In this document: in pieces, positions 1-12,027 of the stretch
How positions within the stretch are numbered: the stretch's first letter is position 1
How the letters are laid out: each line of letters opens with the position of its first letter
Source of the DNA: Eledone cirrhosa
Taxonomy: Eukaryota
Length of the DNA: 64,000 nt
Reading direction: 5' to 3'
NCBI GenBank assembly: GCA_964016885.1
Contig: OZ024740.1
Coordinates: 217,620,001 to 217,684,000, forward strand
Made by a program: the position numbers and the translations under genes
Notes under the pieces: model-generated
Databases searched by the model: none
What the model saw: the letters and a program-made list of their open reading frames with translations, nothing else
What the model was told of the DNA's origin: nothing

Positions 1-380
1 CGCAGTATTTTTATTTGTCAACTAAATGTAAATAAACTATAAGTCGTATAAGATACATAACATATTCAACATATCTAAATACACCGTTGGATACCATTAA
101 TATAAATACACTTTGGTTTTAGACAGCAACTTTAAAAGATATGGCTCGAATGAGATGTCAATCCCACAATTTCAATTGTGGTCACTTCGTTAAAAGAAGT
201 TTACTGATAAAGAGGAATAATTGAGTTGGCCCTCGTAGAATAGACAGTAATGCACTCACAAGCCCATAAAATATATTCAGTTAAAATTTCATTAGATTAT
301 ATATTAAATGAATAAATTCTTCAATTTAATAAGTTGCACTAAATTAAACGATTACGAGATATTGTTTCAAATTGTACGGT

Positions 381-497
381 CTGAGTTCAAATCACGCCGA
401 AGTTTACTGTGACATTCATCCTTACGGGGTCGATAAAATAAAGTACAAGTAATACACTGGGATAATTTCTGGCCTTGTGCCAAAAGTAGAAACATTT
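381..497 (+). mobile_element. 5'-truncated tRNA-like SINE
   Basis: B-box-like GAGTTCAAAT followed by the core TTCATCCTTACGGGGTCGATAAAATAAAGTAC...GGCCTTGTGC; same family at 9712, 10088, 12679 and 13632. Confidence 0.75.
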
Positions 498-886
498 ATT
501 CTAAATTGTATTAAGCTAGAGTTAGTTAGATAAGCAAGAGTCGCCACTGATATAGGTGTATTAATATTTATTAATTATTTCTATCGTGCAATGCCAGTGC
601 ATGAATATATTTTTTAAAGTGAGGAAAGACTGTGCACTGAGCCAATCCCACTCTCTGAGCGACAGTAGCTATAACCCGAAAAGAAGAAAAGATCAACATC
701 GTCCGTAACTGAGCCGCAGGTTTTATATCGGAGTTATCCCAGCTCCCTGAATTGCCTTCTCCTAGAAGAATGCCCTGACAAAGGCTAGGGGTCATTCACT
801 CCCAGTGGTTTAACCGCGCGGTACATGTGTATATACATATTTACACACTTTTGGATGGCCGTTGACTCTTATGAGTCATACATACA

Positions 887-968
887 TTCATACATACATA
901 CATACATACATACATACATACATACATACATACATACATACATACATACATACATACATACATACATA
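887..968. repeat. (CATA)n microsatellite at the left edge of duplication homology
   Basis: Directly visible. Confidence 0.95.
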
Positions 969-1264
969 CAAACAAAGATATTTGTCCTCTATTATATATA
1001 GCTATTAACAAGTTTCAAGTGTTTGTGGTCTACCCGTTGACTTCAGAAATTCAAATCCAAATTTCAATGTGTCATGGAAAAATATTTTACAGAAAATCTA
1101 CAAGAATTGTATTGAAACCTGATTGAAGAAATTACCATTAATTCATTAACATTTTCACTAACAAAGTATATATTGTCTAGTTTGGTGTTATAAATTGTTT
1201 ACAAATCATTGTTTGTAAACACATTGATTGACATGTGCAGCAAATTACTTTCAAATATAAATAA

Positions 1265-1285
1265 CTTGGGAATTTGTTTCCCAAG
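1265..1285. promoter_or_regulatory. Upstream dyad CTTGGGAA-N5-TTCCCAAG (candidate dimeric TF site)
   Basis: Perfect 8-bp inverted repeat ~165 bp upstream of the TATA box. Present in all units and triplicated in unit 3. Confidence 0.4.
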
Positions 1286-1447
1286 CTATTGTAATATGTC
1301 ACTGGTAAAGGTGGCACCCACATCTTCAAGGATATTTCGGGGTAAATGGTGGTTTCTTAAAATGTAAAAATAAATTCAAAAGAAGTGAAAGTGAATAAAT
1401 TAATGTTGTTTAATTAATTAATTCAGTTGATCACGTTGAACAGGGAT

Positions 1448-1455
1448 TATATAAA
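1448..1455 (+). promoter_or_regulatory. TATA box of gene copy 1
   Basis: TATATAAA ~100 nt upstream of CCACC-ATG; same at 31519-31526 and 62597-62604. Confidence 0.7.
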
Positions 1456-1551
1456 GCGTTATTCTTAGACATTTTGTTAGACCTGTCCTTGTTTCGAACA
1501 AGATAACAACCATCACAAATCTATAACAGGAAGATAAACCAACTGACCACC

Positions 1552-1612
1552 ATGTTGTACGAAATTTTAGTAGTATTAGCAGCATTTTCATTCGTAAACT
1601 GCTACACCAACT
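1552..1612 (+). CDS. Exon 1 (signal peptide MLYEILVVLAAFSFVNCYTN) of secreted poly-pacifastin/VWC-like protein, copy 1
   Basis: Kozak CCACCATG, hydrophobic core, GTAAGT donor at 1613. The 61-nt exon (phase 1) joins in frame with the acceptor at 3152. Confidence 0.88.
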
Positions 1613-2536
1613 GTAAGTAAATCATATTACTATATTTTGTATATTTCTTGGTTTCTTTCTTCATATTATTATGATCTCTGAGTTACACACTCTATCGAGC
1701 AACGTTACTCCAGCCGACTGATTTTACACCTGCCAGTCGTGATACCATTTACAACCCGGCTACGCATGTAAATCTTGTTCATAAAAGTAATGAACAGGAG
1801 AGTAGGCAGTATGCACCCTCGGCGGAATCCTTCTCTCTCATTTAATGGTATCGATTTAGCACCATTTGTCCGAAAATAAATTCTCCTCTATAATCGTATA
1901 GAGACAGCAGGGAAGCAAGAAGCTGACAATCGATCCCATACTCCTGCAGAACCTTCCACAGCAGGTTTCGACTAAAATGCTGCTTTTCAAAATATATTTT
2001 GAAATAATTCTAGTCTACATTAATGTAATCTGGACGACAACAGAAACAAGTAAATTCTCAACCACAGAAGAAACTCTAAAAATAAAAAAAAAAGGACAGA
2101 CGCTGGATATCGTTCCAAAAGATAAAAAAATGAAGGGCAAATTTCAAGAGAGTAGACTTTGTAGCAGATGACATTTCGTGTTTAAAGTATAGATTCTGAT
2201 TGAACATGTTTTAAAAAGATAAGTTATAACACTGGCCATCCCTTTAAATCACAAATATTTTCCTTATTGCAGTAGCTGTGAAATACATATATTTCTGGGG
2301 TTAATGGGGGTTTAATTTGATGGAATATCAGATTTAATGAAGCCTATCACATTGCTAAGGATAGGGAACCAATAGTGAAAACAAAATAGTGAATATAGAG
2401 TGAAGAAAATCAGTTCTGTTGGAGACCGTTTTATGGAATCAGAAGATGGTGAAGAAATAATCATATTCTATTCTAAAAAAGGGAGTCTTTAACACTGTCT
2501 CTGCTCTTAATCAAGTGTGTGTGTGTGTGTGTGTGT

Positions 2537-2572
<36 letters not shown>

Positions 2573-3152
2573 AGGTGATACGTGCACGTACACTGTTTTC
2601 TGATAGATATGTTAATACAAAGATATTGTAATAGATTCAGGTGTCCATATGTCTGTCACATTTGTTGTAATTTACTAATGTAAGAAAATATTTTGAACTA
2701 GAAAAGGTGTTGCACTCAATATATAATAACAGTTTTATTTAATATGAGTTTAAAACTCATTATCTTGTGAAACGACATAATATTTTTGAGGGCCCTGATT
2801 AGGACAAGAAAAAAACATTAGATATTTTAAAGAAAAGAGTTAAACATTTACATCGTTAAGTAGTATATCTAATTGTTATAGATACAATAAAATAATACAA
2901 CATTTTATAAACAAACAGAAATAATTATGATTGAAATCTAATTATTTTGCGAAACCCCAAAATGTTTTGAGGGACCTCACTGTGGAAAATACAGCATTAA
3001 ATATTTGAAATTGTTTACATTAATGCAAAGAGTTTAACTTTGATACTGTTAAGTATTTTTATATCTAATTGTTATAGATTCCATACAAATAGAAATATCA
3101 ATGATGTATATTAAAGCTATATATTGAGATGATAATGTTATTCTTTTTACAG

Positions 3153-4852
3153 ATGAATGTACCCATAATGGAAGAAGGTATGAAGGTGCATTTAGCATCG
3201 ACTGTAACACGTGTGTGTGTCTTGAAAGTGGACGAGCGCAGTGTTCAAATAAGATATGTGACTATGGACAACGATCAACATGTTGGTATGAAGGTAGACG
3301 TTACACAGTAGGACAGACAATCCAACAGTCATGTAATACATGTGTATGCAGAGCCAATGGTCAAATGGATTGTACAAAGAATACATGTCAGTGTACATAT
3401 AAAGGACAAAATTACAATATTGGCCAGAGGTTTAATGAGGATTGCAACCAATGTGAATGTTTATCTAGTGGTATTGTACGGTGTTCTAACAAACGATGTC
3501 AATGTTTTGCCAATGGAAGAACATATCCAGTGGGGGCTACCTTTCAAAGGGAATGTAACACTTGCAAGTGTGACATTAACGGCAGAATAGTGTGTTCTGA
3601 CAACATATGTAACTGTTTTGAAAATGGAAGATCTTACCCTATTGGTGCTACATTTAGCAAGGACTGCAATACATGCACATGTCAACAACATGGACAGGTC
3701 CGATGTACAAATAACCCGTGTCAATGTACACATAAAGGACAGGTTTATCAAGTTCGTCAAAGATTTAATGATGATTGCAACCAATGTGAATGTTTATCTA
3801 GCGGTACAGTGCAGTGTTCTAACAAGGCATGTCAATGTTTTGAAAATGGAAGATCTTACCCCATTGGTGCTACATTTAGCAAGGACTGCAATACATGCAC
3901 ATGTCAAATAGATGGTCGTATACAGTGTACAAGCAACCCATGTACTTGCACCTATAACAATATGGCTTATAATTTCGGACAACAATTCAGGAAAGGTTGT
4001 AACACCTGCACTTGTCAACAAAATGGACAGGTCCAATGTACAAATAACCCATGTCAATGTACATATAAAGGACAGGTTTATCAGATTCGTCAAAGATTTA
4101 ACGATGATTGTAACCAATGTGAATGTTTATCTAGTGGTACAGTGCAATGTACCAGTAACGTCTGTCAATGTACATACAACAACCAGGTCTATAATATCGG
4201 CGCTTCATTTAATCAGGACTGTAACACCTGTAGCTGTCAACAAAATGGACAAGTCCAATGTACAAATAACCCGTGTCAATGTACACATAAAGGACAGGTT
4301 TATCAAATTAATCAAAGATTTAACGATGATTGTAACCAATGTGAATGTTTATCTAGTGGTACAGTGCAGTGCTCTAACAAGCCATGTCAATGTTTTGAAA
4401 ATGGAAGATCTTACCGCATTGGTGCTACATTTAGCAAGGACTGCAATACATGCACATGTCAACAAAATGGACAGTTCCAATGTACAAATAACCCTTGTCA
4501 ATGTACATACAACGGTAAACGTTATGATGTTGGTTCTATATTCTACAATGATTGCAATAAATGTCAGTGCTATGATGATGGAAGAGTCCAATGTGAACAG
4601 AAAATATGCCCCAAACCATGCGCATTCAACGGAAAAACCTATTCTGTGGGAGAATCGTTTAAAAATGACTGCAATACATGTACATGTGGTCAGTTTGGTC
4701 AAGTAGGATGTACTAACATGTACTGTCCTAAAACATGCCAATACAACGGAAAAATCTACACAGCTGGCCAAATATTCAAGGCTCAAGATAATTGCAATAC
4801 ATGTCGATGTTCAGCTGGGCAAGTCAAGTGTACCAACTTAATATGTGGTCAA
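3153..4852 (+). CDS. Exon 2: 15 tandem 6-Cys pacifastin-like / N-terminal-VWC modules (kielin/chordin-like), copy 1; spliced protein 591 aa
   Basis: Acceptor TTCTTTTTACAG/3153; open frame of ~37-aa repeats C-x16-C-N-x-C-x-C-x3-G-x3-C-[TS]-x3-C; donor CAA/GTGAGT at 4853 (phase 0). Confidence 0.93.
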
Positions 4853-5785
4853 GTGAGTATGGTTTTTATTACTCCTTTATTGTCTCAAATATTTACAATT
4901 CCATCTTACCTCTTATGTAATTTGTAGTCCTTTAGACACATTACACAAAGACATCATTACAATTTCCCTGTGTAATTACTGCTGTGATATAAGAAACAGG
5001 GGAACATCATCATTAGCATAGCTACCATTTAGTGAATGTTTGTTAGAGTATGACAGAGGTGATGGCATTCATTCATTGCTCCCTTGTGACCGATTAGATT
5101 AATTTTAATAATCTTTCACATAAATTGCTGCAAGTTGATGCCGGTAGGTATGACGTCAACATGGAGAAAATTCAAGAAGGCCGATATTCTCTGTAGGACA
5201 GGTAATGTGTAAAGGGTTTCTGTGGATCCTGGTGGGCAGACACATTATGAGTGATAAGAAATGGGGATACGATTGAGTTGGAATTGTCTGAGTGGAGGTG
5301 ACATGAAACCAACCATCTTAGAAGCTCTATACCATTGTAGTAGCTGTATAAAGGTTAATGAAATAAGTCATTACGACAGTGATTAAGAGACTGGGGTGTG
5401 ACTTTAAACCAATTAGTGAAGAACTTTTATCTGGATGTAGAACATCATATCTCCAGTCGTATGTCAAAATAGATGGCAATGTTATAGTCACTTTTATATA
5501 ACTATGAAATATATATTCTCTTTCAAAGAAATGCTTCAGTAGGAATGTTATTGGACTTACCAACATTCTGGTTAAAGGTTCAAACGTTCACTGCTGTTTC
5601 GTTTAATTTCCAACTAAGGGAGTTAATTCAACGTAACTTCGTTCCTTTATTTATCGCTAATATATATGTATATCGATATGTTAAGGAATTTTACCTATAT
5701 CTAAATTGTTATATTTTGTAAGTCATTTATTTGATATTGTTTCAATATCAATAGTAATACAATATAAAACTTTATTTCATTACAG

Positions 5786-5800
5786 ACTGGATACTACTAA
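5786..5800 (+). CDS. Exon 3 coding part (TGYY-stop), copy 1
   Basis: Acceptor TTTATTTCATTACAG, then ACT GGA TAC TAC TAA in phase 0. AATAAA at 5934-5939. Identical in copy 2. Confidence 0.7.
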   Translation, partial: TGYY

Positions 5801-5933
5801 AGAACACAACAGGCTGCTTTCTGATTCGGGATAATTATGTTTCTGAATAATAATTGCAATTTCTTTTAATAATAATTGCAATTTTTGTGAATAACATTGT
5901 AAATTTTGTAAATAATAATTTAAATATCTTTTT

Positions 5934-5944
5934 AATAAAATAAA
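5934..5944 (+). terminator. Overlapping polyadenylation signals (AATAAA x2)
   Basis: AATAAAATAAA ~135 nt after the stop, followed by a T-rich region; conserved at ~36065. Confidence 0.6.
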
Positions 5945-6199
5945 CAAACATACAACAACAATTTATTGTTTTTCTAGATTCTTCTTCTTGTTCTTCTTAT
6001 TATTATTGGTCTAATCGGACGACTTTTTGCTCGCTTCTGTAAGTCTCTTTATTTACCTGCCATAATTATTTATTGTTAAATTTTTGTTGTTGTGTAAAGG
6101 ATATAAGCCCTTGGACTTTGCCCTGTCAAGGGAAATGTACAATATTTGGGCCTTTTGGCCCAAATATTCGAACCTTTTACATTTAAAAATTATCGAAAA

Positions 6200-7860
6200 A
6201 AAAAACATGGCTGAGCCATGCGCCCAGCGATATGTCTGCTGACGTGCGACAACGACGCAAAAGTTGAGAGGAGTGTTACGGCGAACACAGAAATTGATAC
6301 AACAAACACCACCACAAACAACGTGAACACAGACAGCAATGACAACAAGATTGAGAACACTAATTTGGAAAAAAATGACCACACAAACCACAACAGTAAC
6401 AGCGACAACCAAAATACAGACAACAGAAAAAATGACAACAAATGCAACAACAATATTAACACCACTAACATGAAAACAAATAGCGACAACACCAACAGCA
6501 ATGATACAAATTGTACCGAGAACAACAACAACGGCAGCAGCAAAGACATAACCAACTGCAAAGTGATAACAGCAACAACACCAACAACATCATTTGTAGC
6601 AACAGCAACAGCACAAACAACAAGACCAGTAGCAGCAGTAGTGGCGGCAACAATGATGCCAATGAAAAAGGGACCATCTCTTTTGCAAAGGTGGCTCGCA
6701 ACGTAGAAACGGTCCTGGTCACAGAGGAGGAGATGGCGTTCGCAAGACACATGATAACCAGAACTGAATTTTCAGTGTCCTTGATACCACCAACCGACTT
6801 CCTGGGGGAACAAGAGCGACGCACAGTATCATACCGCACGATTGCCACGAAATCACGTCGTGTGGATAGAGTCTCGGCGGCCCAAATCCAGAAGGCCTTG
6901 GAAAATGTGTGGTCGCGGAAAACCCACATCACCCGAGGCAAGAAATATGCTACTGTGGACCTTCTATTTGGTACCACCAAGGAAGAAAAATCAACCTACG
7001 AAGTGATGACATAATGTTAGTCCCGTTTTACTGCGGGAAAAAAATTGCAACGGTCAGGGTAGCCCAGGTTCCGCCCTACGTACCCGTGCCTTGGCTGGTC
7101 GTTACTGTTCTTGCAGGTACAGAAGTTGGGGAGAGAGGATTGGTCAGGTATTGCATCAGCGCTATTCCCGACGTTATAGACTTCTGGAATGGCTCCCAAG
7201 TTCCCATATCAGTAGAAGGCAGGTGCCCAAAGTGCTTCAACTATGGATCGAAGTCTCACCTCAAGACCTTCTGCCCAGAGAAAATAACAAAGGCGAAGTT
7301 TCCACCACCCCCTCTTCCAACGCCGGAACCCCTGCCACCAGAAACAGAGCAGTCAGCGAAAAAGTGGGGAGCTTCCACAGAGAATAGGAAGACAACGTCC
7401 GTAACACCCACACCAAAGCCACGGACAACAAAAACAGCGGCGGCAGCTGCATCAACAGAACCAGATTCCACCACCACAAACAACAACAAAGACAAATGAG
7501 AGGGTAGAACTCAGACCCCTCCCCGACCTCTCACAGTCGGACATGGAGTCTGAGGCGGCTGAGGAGTGGAAAACGGTTGTCAAAAAACAAAAAAACAAAC
7601 AAACGCAAAAACACCACAGCTTCTCCCTCCAAAAGCGAAAGCAAAAAAGAGTGGTAAAGGCTGTCAGGAGACTTGAAGCAACACCACCACCATCACCACC
7701 ACATGCATCACCACCAACAACAACAACCACACCTCCACCAACATCACCACAAACAGCAACATCGCAAACACAACAAAGCACACACACCCAACAGCAACAA
7801 AACCCCGCCTCCCCCAAACTGCCCAAACGGGATTCCTCCAATAGATCTTCGGAGTAACGT
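6200..7860 (+). mobile_element. Degenerate non-LTR retrotransposon ORF1 (Tx1/L1-like, gag-like)
   Basis: Frameshifted ORFs with a low-complexity N-terminus, SFAKVA motif and decayed zinc knuckle CFN(Y)GSKSHLKTFC (CX2CX4HX4C with C->Y), followed by a Pro/Thr-rich region and EWKTV-KK. Confidence 0.65.
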
Positions 7861-7869
7861 TACTCGATA

Positions 7870-8255
7870 GAGTGCATTTCTTGGAGATCAGAGCTTCAAT
7901 CCAGGCAGAGCCGCTACTTCTCCTAATTTATCACAGCTCTGATACTATGGGCATGTGGTTACAATGTCTCAAGGAAGAATCGCTGGACAGATTTTACGAA
8001 AAAAAATCAACCGGCAGTAGACCCAAGCAAGATAGTTGGATAACATCCAAGAGCTTGGCTGGTCACGCTTGGAGATCCAGCCGGATCAGTTGGAAACGGT
8101 TGCTTCCAACAGCACCCGCTGGAATGAGTGTTTGAGGACTCAGCCCCCACTATCCTCTTTCTTGATACTTGTACATTATTCTATGTATTAAACATGCACC
8201 TTTGATGAGTTGTGGTACACCTGAGCACTGTACACAATAATTTCATTATTATTTT
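7870..8255 (+). mobile_element. RTE-like LINE 3' fragment
   Basis: Manual translation QL*YYGHVVTMSQGRIAGQIL...GSRPK..W resembles the RTE ORF2 C-terminus; ends in a (TTA)n-like tail. Confidence 0.55.
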
Positions 8256-8385
8256 AATATTACATTCCTAACAATTTCACGTTCGAAACCCCCTTCAGGG
8301 GTGTCCGACCCTTAAAAATCAACAAAGGTGATACCTGTGATAGTGCAGTTTGAGAGGATCTTGTGTGTGAACTTGCTGAAAGTAA

Positions 8386-8420
8386 CGGGCATGTTTTGAT
8401 CTTGTTAGATCTCATCAGCG
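8386..8420 (-). ncRNA. Decayed minimal hammerhead motif (probably inactive)
   Basis: Minus strand CG-CTGATGA-GATCT(AACA)AGATC-AAAA-CATG-CC-CG, with core changes G12A and U16.1C. Confidence 0.35.
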
Positions 8421-8674
8421 AAGAATATTCACTTTGCAAATTGGCCTAATAAAGATATGGGTAAAGTGTAATATTTTGGTTAGCTAATGAAGGAGATTCT
8501 ACGTGGTCTTTAAACAACTAGAAATAGCAGCTAAATTTCCTTCAATTCTCATGCTACTGTCGTAAAAAAAGACACATTATATAAGGTAGTTTTAAACACA
8601 CTACTCCGCTAGGAATACCTGTGAATATCGGTCTGTTGGACCAGGGGTTGTCTTAGAGCTAAACAGTAACATTA

Positions 8675-8676
8675 GC

Positions 8677-8717
<41 letters not shown>

Positions 8718-8750
8718 CTACTACTACTACTACTACAACTACCACTACCA

Positions 8751-8791
<41 letters not shown>

Positions 8792-8886
8792 ACTACTACT
8801 GCTGCTGCTGCTACAACAACAACAACAACTACTACTACTACTATTACTACTACCACCATCACCACCACAGCCACCACCATCACCAC
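8675..8886. repeat. Compound trinucleotide microsatellite (CAA/CTA/CTG/CCA)n
   Basis: Directly visible; longer in unit 2 (38803-39110). Confidence 0.95.
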
Positions 8887-9329
8887 TGTTGGTTTGAGAG
8901 CAGAGGAAATCTCATAAGGACCTGCAGAACCCTACTTTAGATAAGACTTAAATATAACTCCTCAAGATTAGGGAATAAAAATACCTTTTAAATGTCGCTT
9001 TTAATAATTCTTATTTGTTAAAAGTTTCGGTACCAAGGTCATTAAATATCCATTTATCAGAATTCGTACATTGCTTAATTAGACCTGGATAACTAGTAGA
9101 ATGTAATTTCTATTTTATCATTTATACTCCTCTGCTAACCAGTAAATTTCAAAATGGCGTCACAATGATTTGCTAACAAACAGCTTTGCAGCCATACCAA
9201 ATATAAATTGACAGACTTATACAGACTGTTTGTCTCGCTGGTGAGTGCACAATTGCATGAAACTGGAGCCATACAACTCCGAGAAGAAACGGTAATATAT
9301 TATAGAAATAAAACTTTTACGCATCAATG

Positions 9330-9364
<35 letters not shown>

Positions 9365-9711
9365 CACACACGTATACATACTTACACGTATATTCTGTGC
9401 CTAAATAATTTTTTGCTGTTCATCAAAACACACACACAGGCACGCTTATCCCAATAACAGCATTGTACATTCACTGTTTCATAGACACATTGGCTTTTCA
9501 CGGTGTCACTTCTAACGCCACATGAACTATGTGTCTTTAGGTAATGGTAGAAGTCAAAATTCGTTTACTGAACACACTTATGTGGTCAATGCTTCTTTAC
9601 GGCTGCGAATGGTGGACTTTCACGAATCAGACCCAGAGATAACTCGAGTCTACTGAGATCTATTTCTATCGCAGAATAATCAGGCCCTCGTACGTCGACT
9701 GGATAAATAAT

Positions 9712-9821
9712 TGTTTCTACTTTTGGCACAAGGCCAGCAATTATCCAGTACATTACTGGTACTTTATTGACCCCGTAAGGAGGAAAGGCAAAGTTAACTT
9801 CGGCTGGATTTGAACTCAGAA
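9712..9821 (-). mobile_element. SINE with 12-bp TSD TGGATAAATAAT
   Basis: TSD at 9700-9711 and 9822-9833; shared with unit 2 (39981-40090). Confidence 0.85.
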
Positions 9822-10086
9822 TGGATAAATAATGAAGAGATTTTGAAGTCAGTGCGGACGGAACGTGAGATAATGCTCACTATTAAAAAGAGATAACTAA
9901 TGTTCCTCGGAATGTCATCAGGAAAGGCATGATGGAAAACTTTTCCACTAGCGGAAACATTCCTGGGAAGTGTGCCAGAGGTCGTCAAAGGAGGTTGTTT
10001 TGTGACAATTTCAACATCAAAGCCACAAAAGTAAGGGATCTCGCCCGAGATCGAACACCATGGAATGCCATTATTGGTCAAACACT

Positions 10087-10201
10087 ATCTGAGTTCAAAT
10101 CCCGCCGAGGTTGACTTTGCCTTTCATCCTTACGGGGTCGATAAAATAAAGTACCAGTAATACACTGGGTAATTGCTGGCCTTGTGCCTAAAGTAGAAAT
10201 A
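10087..10201 (+). mobile_element. SINE with 17-bp TSD ATTATTGGTCAAACACT (unit 1 only)
   Basis: TSD at 10070-10086 and 10202-10218; empty site at 40340-40356 in unit 2. Confidence 0.88.
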
Positions 10202-10267
10202 ATTATTGGTCAAACACTGAAACAGTGATGGCACAAGAAGAAGAAGAAGAAGAAGAAGAAGAAGAAG

Positions 10268-10298
<31 letters not shown>

Positions 10299-10802
10299 CC
10301 CTATCACTTCTATCGCTACATGAACGATCTATATTTTTGTAGTTGTAGAACACCCTGTCGCTCCTATCGCTAGATGAACGACCTATATTTATGTACTGGT
10401 AGAAGTCCCTATCACTTCTATCGCTACATGAACGATGTATCTTTACTGGTAGAAGTGACAACATCCATATGAATACCATTTGTCTCTTACTTCTTTTGAT
10501 ATGCTTCATGTTCAACAGAAACTTATGACAAATAACTGAATCATAATTTACAGCAGTGTCAAATAATATTTAAAAGAACATTTCTTTCTAGAAGACAATT
10601 CGAGATGAAATTTATAACCAGAGATTTTCTTAGAGTTTCGAGTGACATTTTAATGTTTCATAAGAGTTTCCGAGAAAATCTACAAGAATTTTTTCGAAAC
10701 CTAACTAAAGAGATTACCCTTTAGTCATTAAAATTTACATTGACAATCTCTCTCTCTTTCTCTACCTGTCTCACTCTCTCTTTCAATCTCTGTCTCTCAG
10801 TT

Positions 10803-10902
<100 letters not shown>

Positions 10903-10981
10903 ATTAGAGTTAAAACTCAATTGGAACCCTGTACGTATTAAGCTCCAAGTATAAATATAAATATAAATACTGAGCCAATTA

Positions 10982-11464
10982 ATAATATATAGTAAGAAAC
11001 ACAGTAAACCGTGTGTCTAAAATTACAAGGGTTGAAAAACCACATTTGTTTGAAATATTTAACCAAGAAGCAGACAGAATGATAAAATATACAAACCGCC
11101 GCAATAACCATTATATCTCTCGGACAGATTATCCCTAATCTGTTTCGCCCTGAGTGTGTTTGTAACAGATAATACCACGTTTGACTAGTGGAGCACGAGG
11201 TGATAAATTCATCTTTCTGTGTGAACGTTGGCAAATAGTGTTTGTGGCATTTAATCAGAATCTCTCGCTGATGAAGCCCAGGATTATCTGTTACAAACAC
11301 ACTCAGGGCGAAACAGATTAGGGATAATCTGTCCGAGAGATATAATGGTTATTGCAGCGGTTTGTATATTTTATCATTCTGTCTGCTTCTTGGTTAAATA
11401 TTTCAAACAAATGTGGTTTTTCAACCCTTGTAATTTTAGACACACGGTTTACTGTGTTTCTTAC

Positions 11465-11474
<10 letters not shown>
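10982..11474. repeat. Long inverted repeat (192-bp arms, 109-bp spacer) next to (TA)n
   Basis: 10982-11173 is the reverse complement of 11283-11474 with one mismatch seen. Confidence 0.95.
11260..11341 (+). ncRNA. Type I hammerhead ribozyme
   Basis: Stem I ATCTCTCG/CGAGAGAT; core CTGATGA(+A); stem II GCCC/GGGC; GAAA; stem III CAGATTA-GGGA-TAATCTG; GUC site with predicted cleavage after 11333. Confidence 0.88.
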
Positions 11475-11537
<63 letters not shown>

Positions 11538-11961
11538 CGTCTGTGTATTAGTAGAGTGTAAACATCAATATATATATCTATATATCCAGGGAGTGTAACT
11601 TGGAGTTACTGTAGGTTCACCCGGGTGAGCACTCAATGTTTAGGTTCACTTCAGTGTCGAAGTGTAGAGCTTGACACAGTGTACTATAGTGAAATAGATT
11701 TTAGTTACTATGGAGAATTTTATAAAAATAACAAAATAAGATGCTGAGGTTACATATATCGTTTAATCATTATACTTATTTCCACTGTTCACCATGCAAT
11801 CGAGATGCCCTTCATACATTTGCTGTTGCTATGAGAACAGTATCCTCAGATGAATAACCGATATGTTTGATATGTCGCTGGCAGGTAAAACACACGTCCA
11901 ATTGCTCGTGCGCCTAGCAGACATATGAGTTCCTTGAAGGGTTTGCCAGCGGTCGTGTTTG

Positions 11962-12003
<42 letters not shown>

Positions 12004-12027
12004 CGTGAGCGTATTAATAGAGTGTAA

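Larger units (their letters stand above)
9545..10295 (+). mobile_element. RTE-clade LINE 3' fragment with (GAA)n tail, interrupted by two SINEs
   Basis: VWSMLLYGCEWWT...NEEIL...LMFLGHVIRK...GKCARGRQR (intact in unit 2), ending GGCACAAGAAGAAGAA... Confidence 0.75.

Noticed and set aside
200-250. CTGATAA-GAGG...CCTC as a hammerhead
   Set aside because: Core G8 and the GAAA box are missing; too degenerate.
640-830. Possible minus-strand RTE 5' UTR with an HDV-like ribozyme
   Set aside because: TAGGAGAAGGCAA...TAAAACC resembles LINE 5' UTRs, but I could not build the nested double pseudoknot by eye.
3342-4786. Alternative-frame and antisense ORFs over the repeat exon
   Set aside because: Shadows of the repetitive Cys-rich coding frame.
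3153-4852. CRISPR-like periodicity
   Set aside because: 111-bp coding repeats in a spliced eukaryotic gene; no repeat-spacer structure and no cas genes.
8659-8886. Poly-Val/Ala ORF and similar YI, HT and VC repeat ORFs across the window
   Set aside because: Translations of microsatellites.
10293-10455. ~54-bp tandem repeat after the (GAA)n tail
   Set aside because: Ordinary short minisatellite with no further structure evident.
10938-11551. Same peptide MVIAAVCIFYHS... on both strands
   Set aside because: Consequence of the 192-bp inverted repeat, not a gene.
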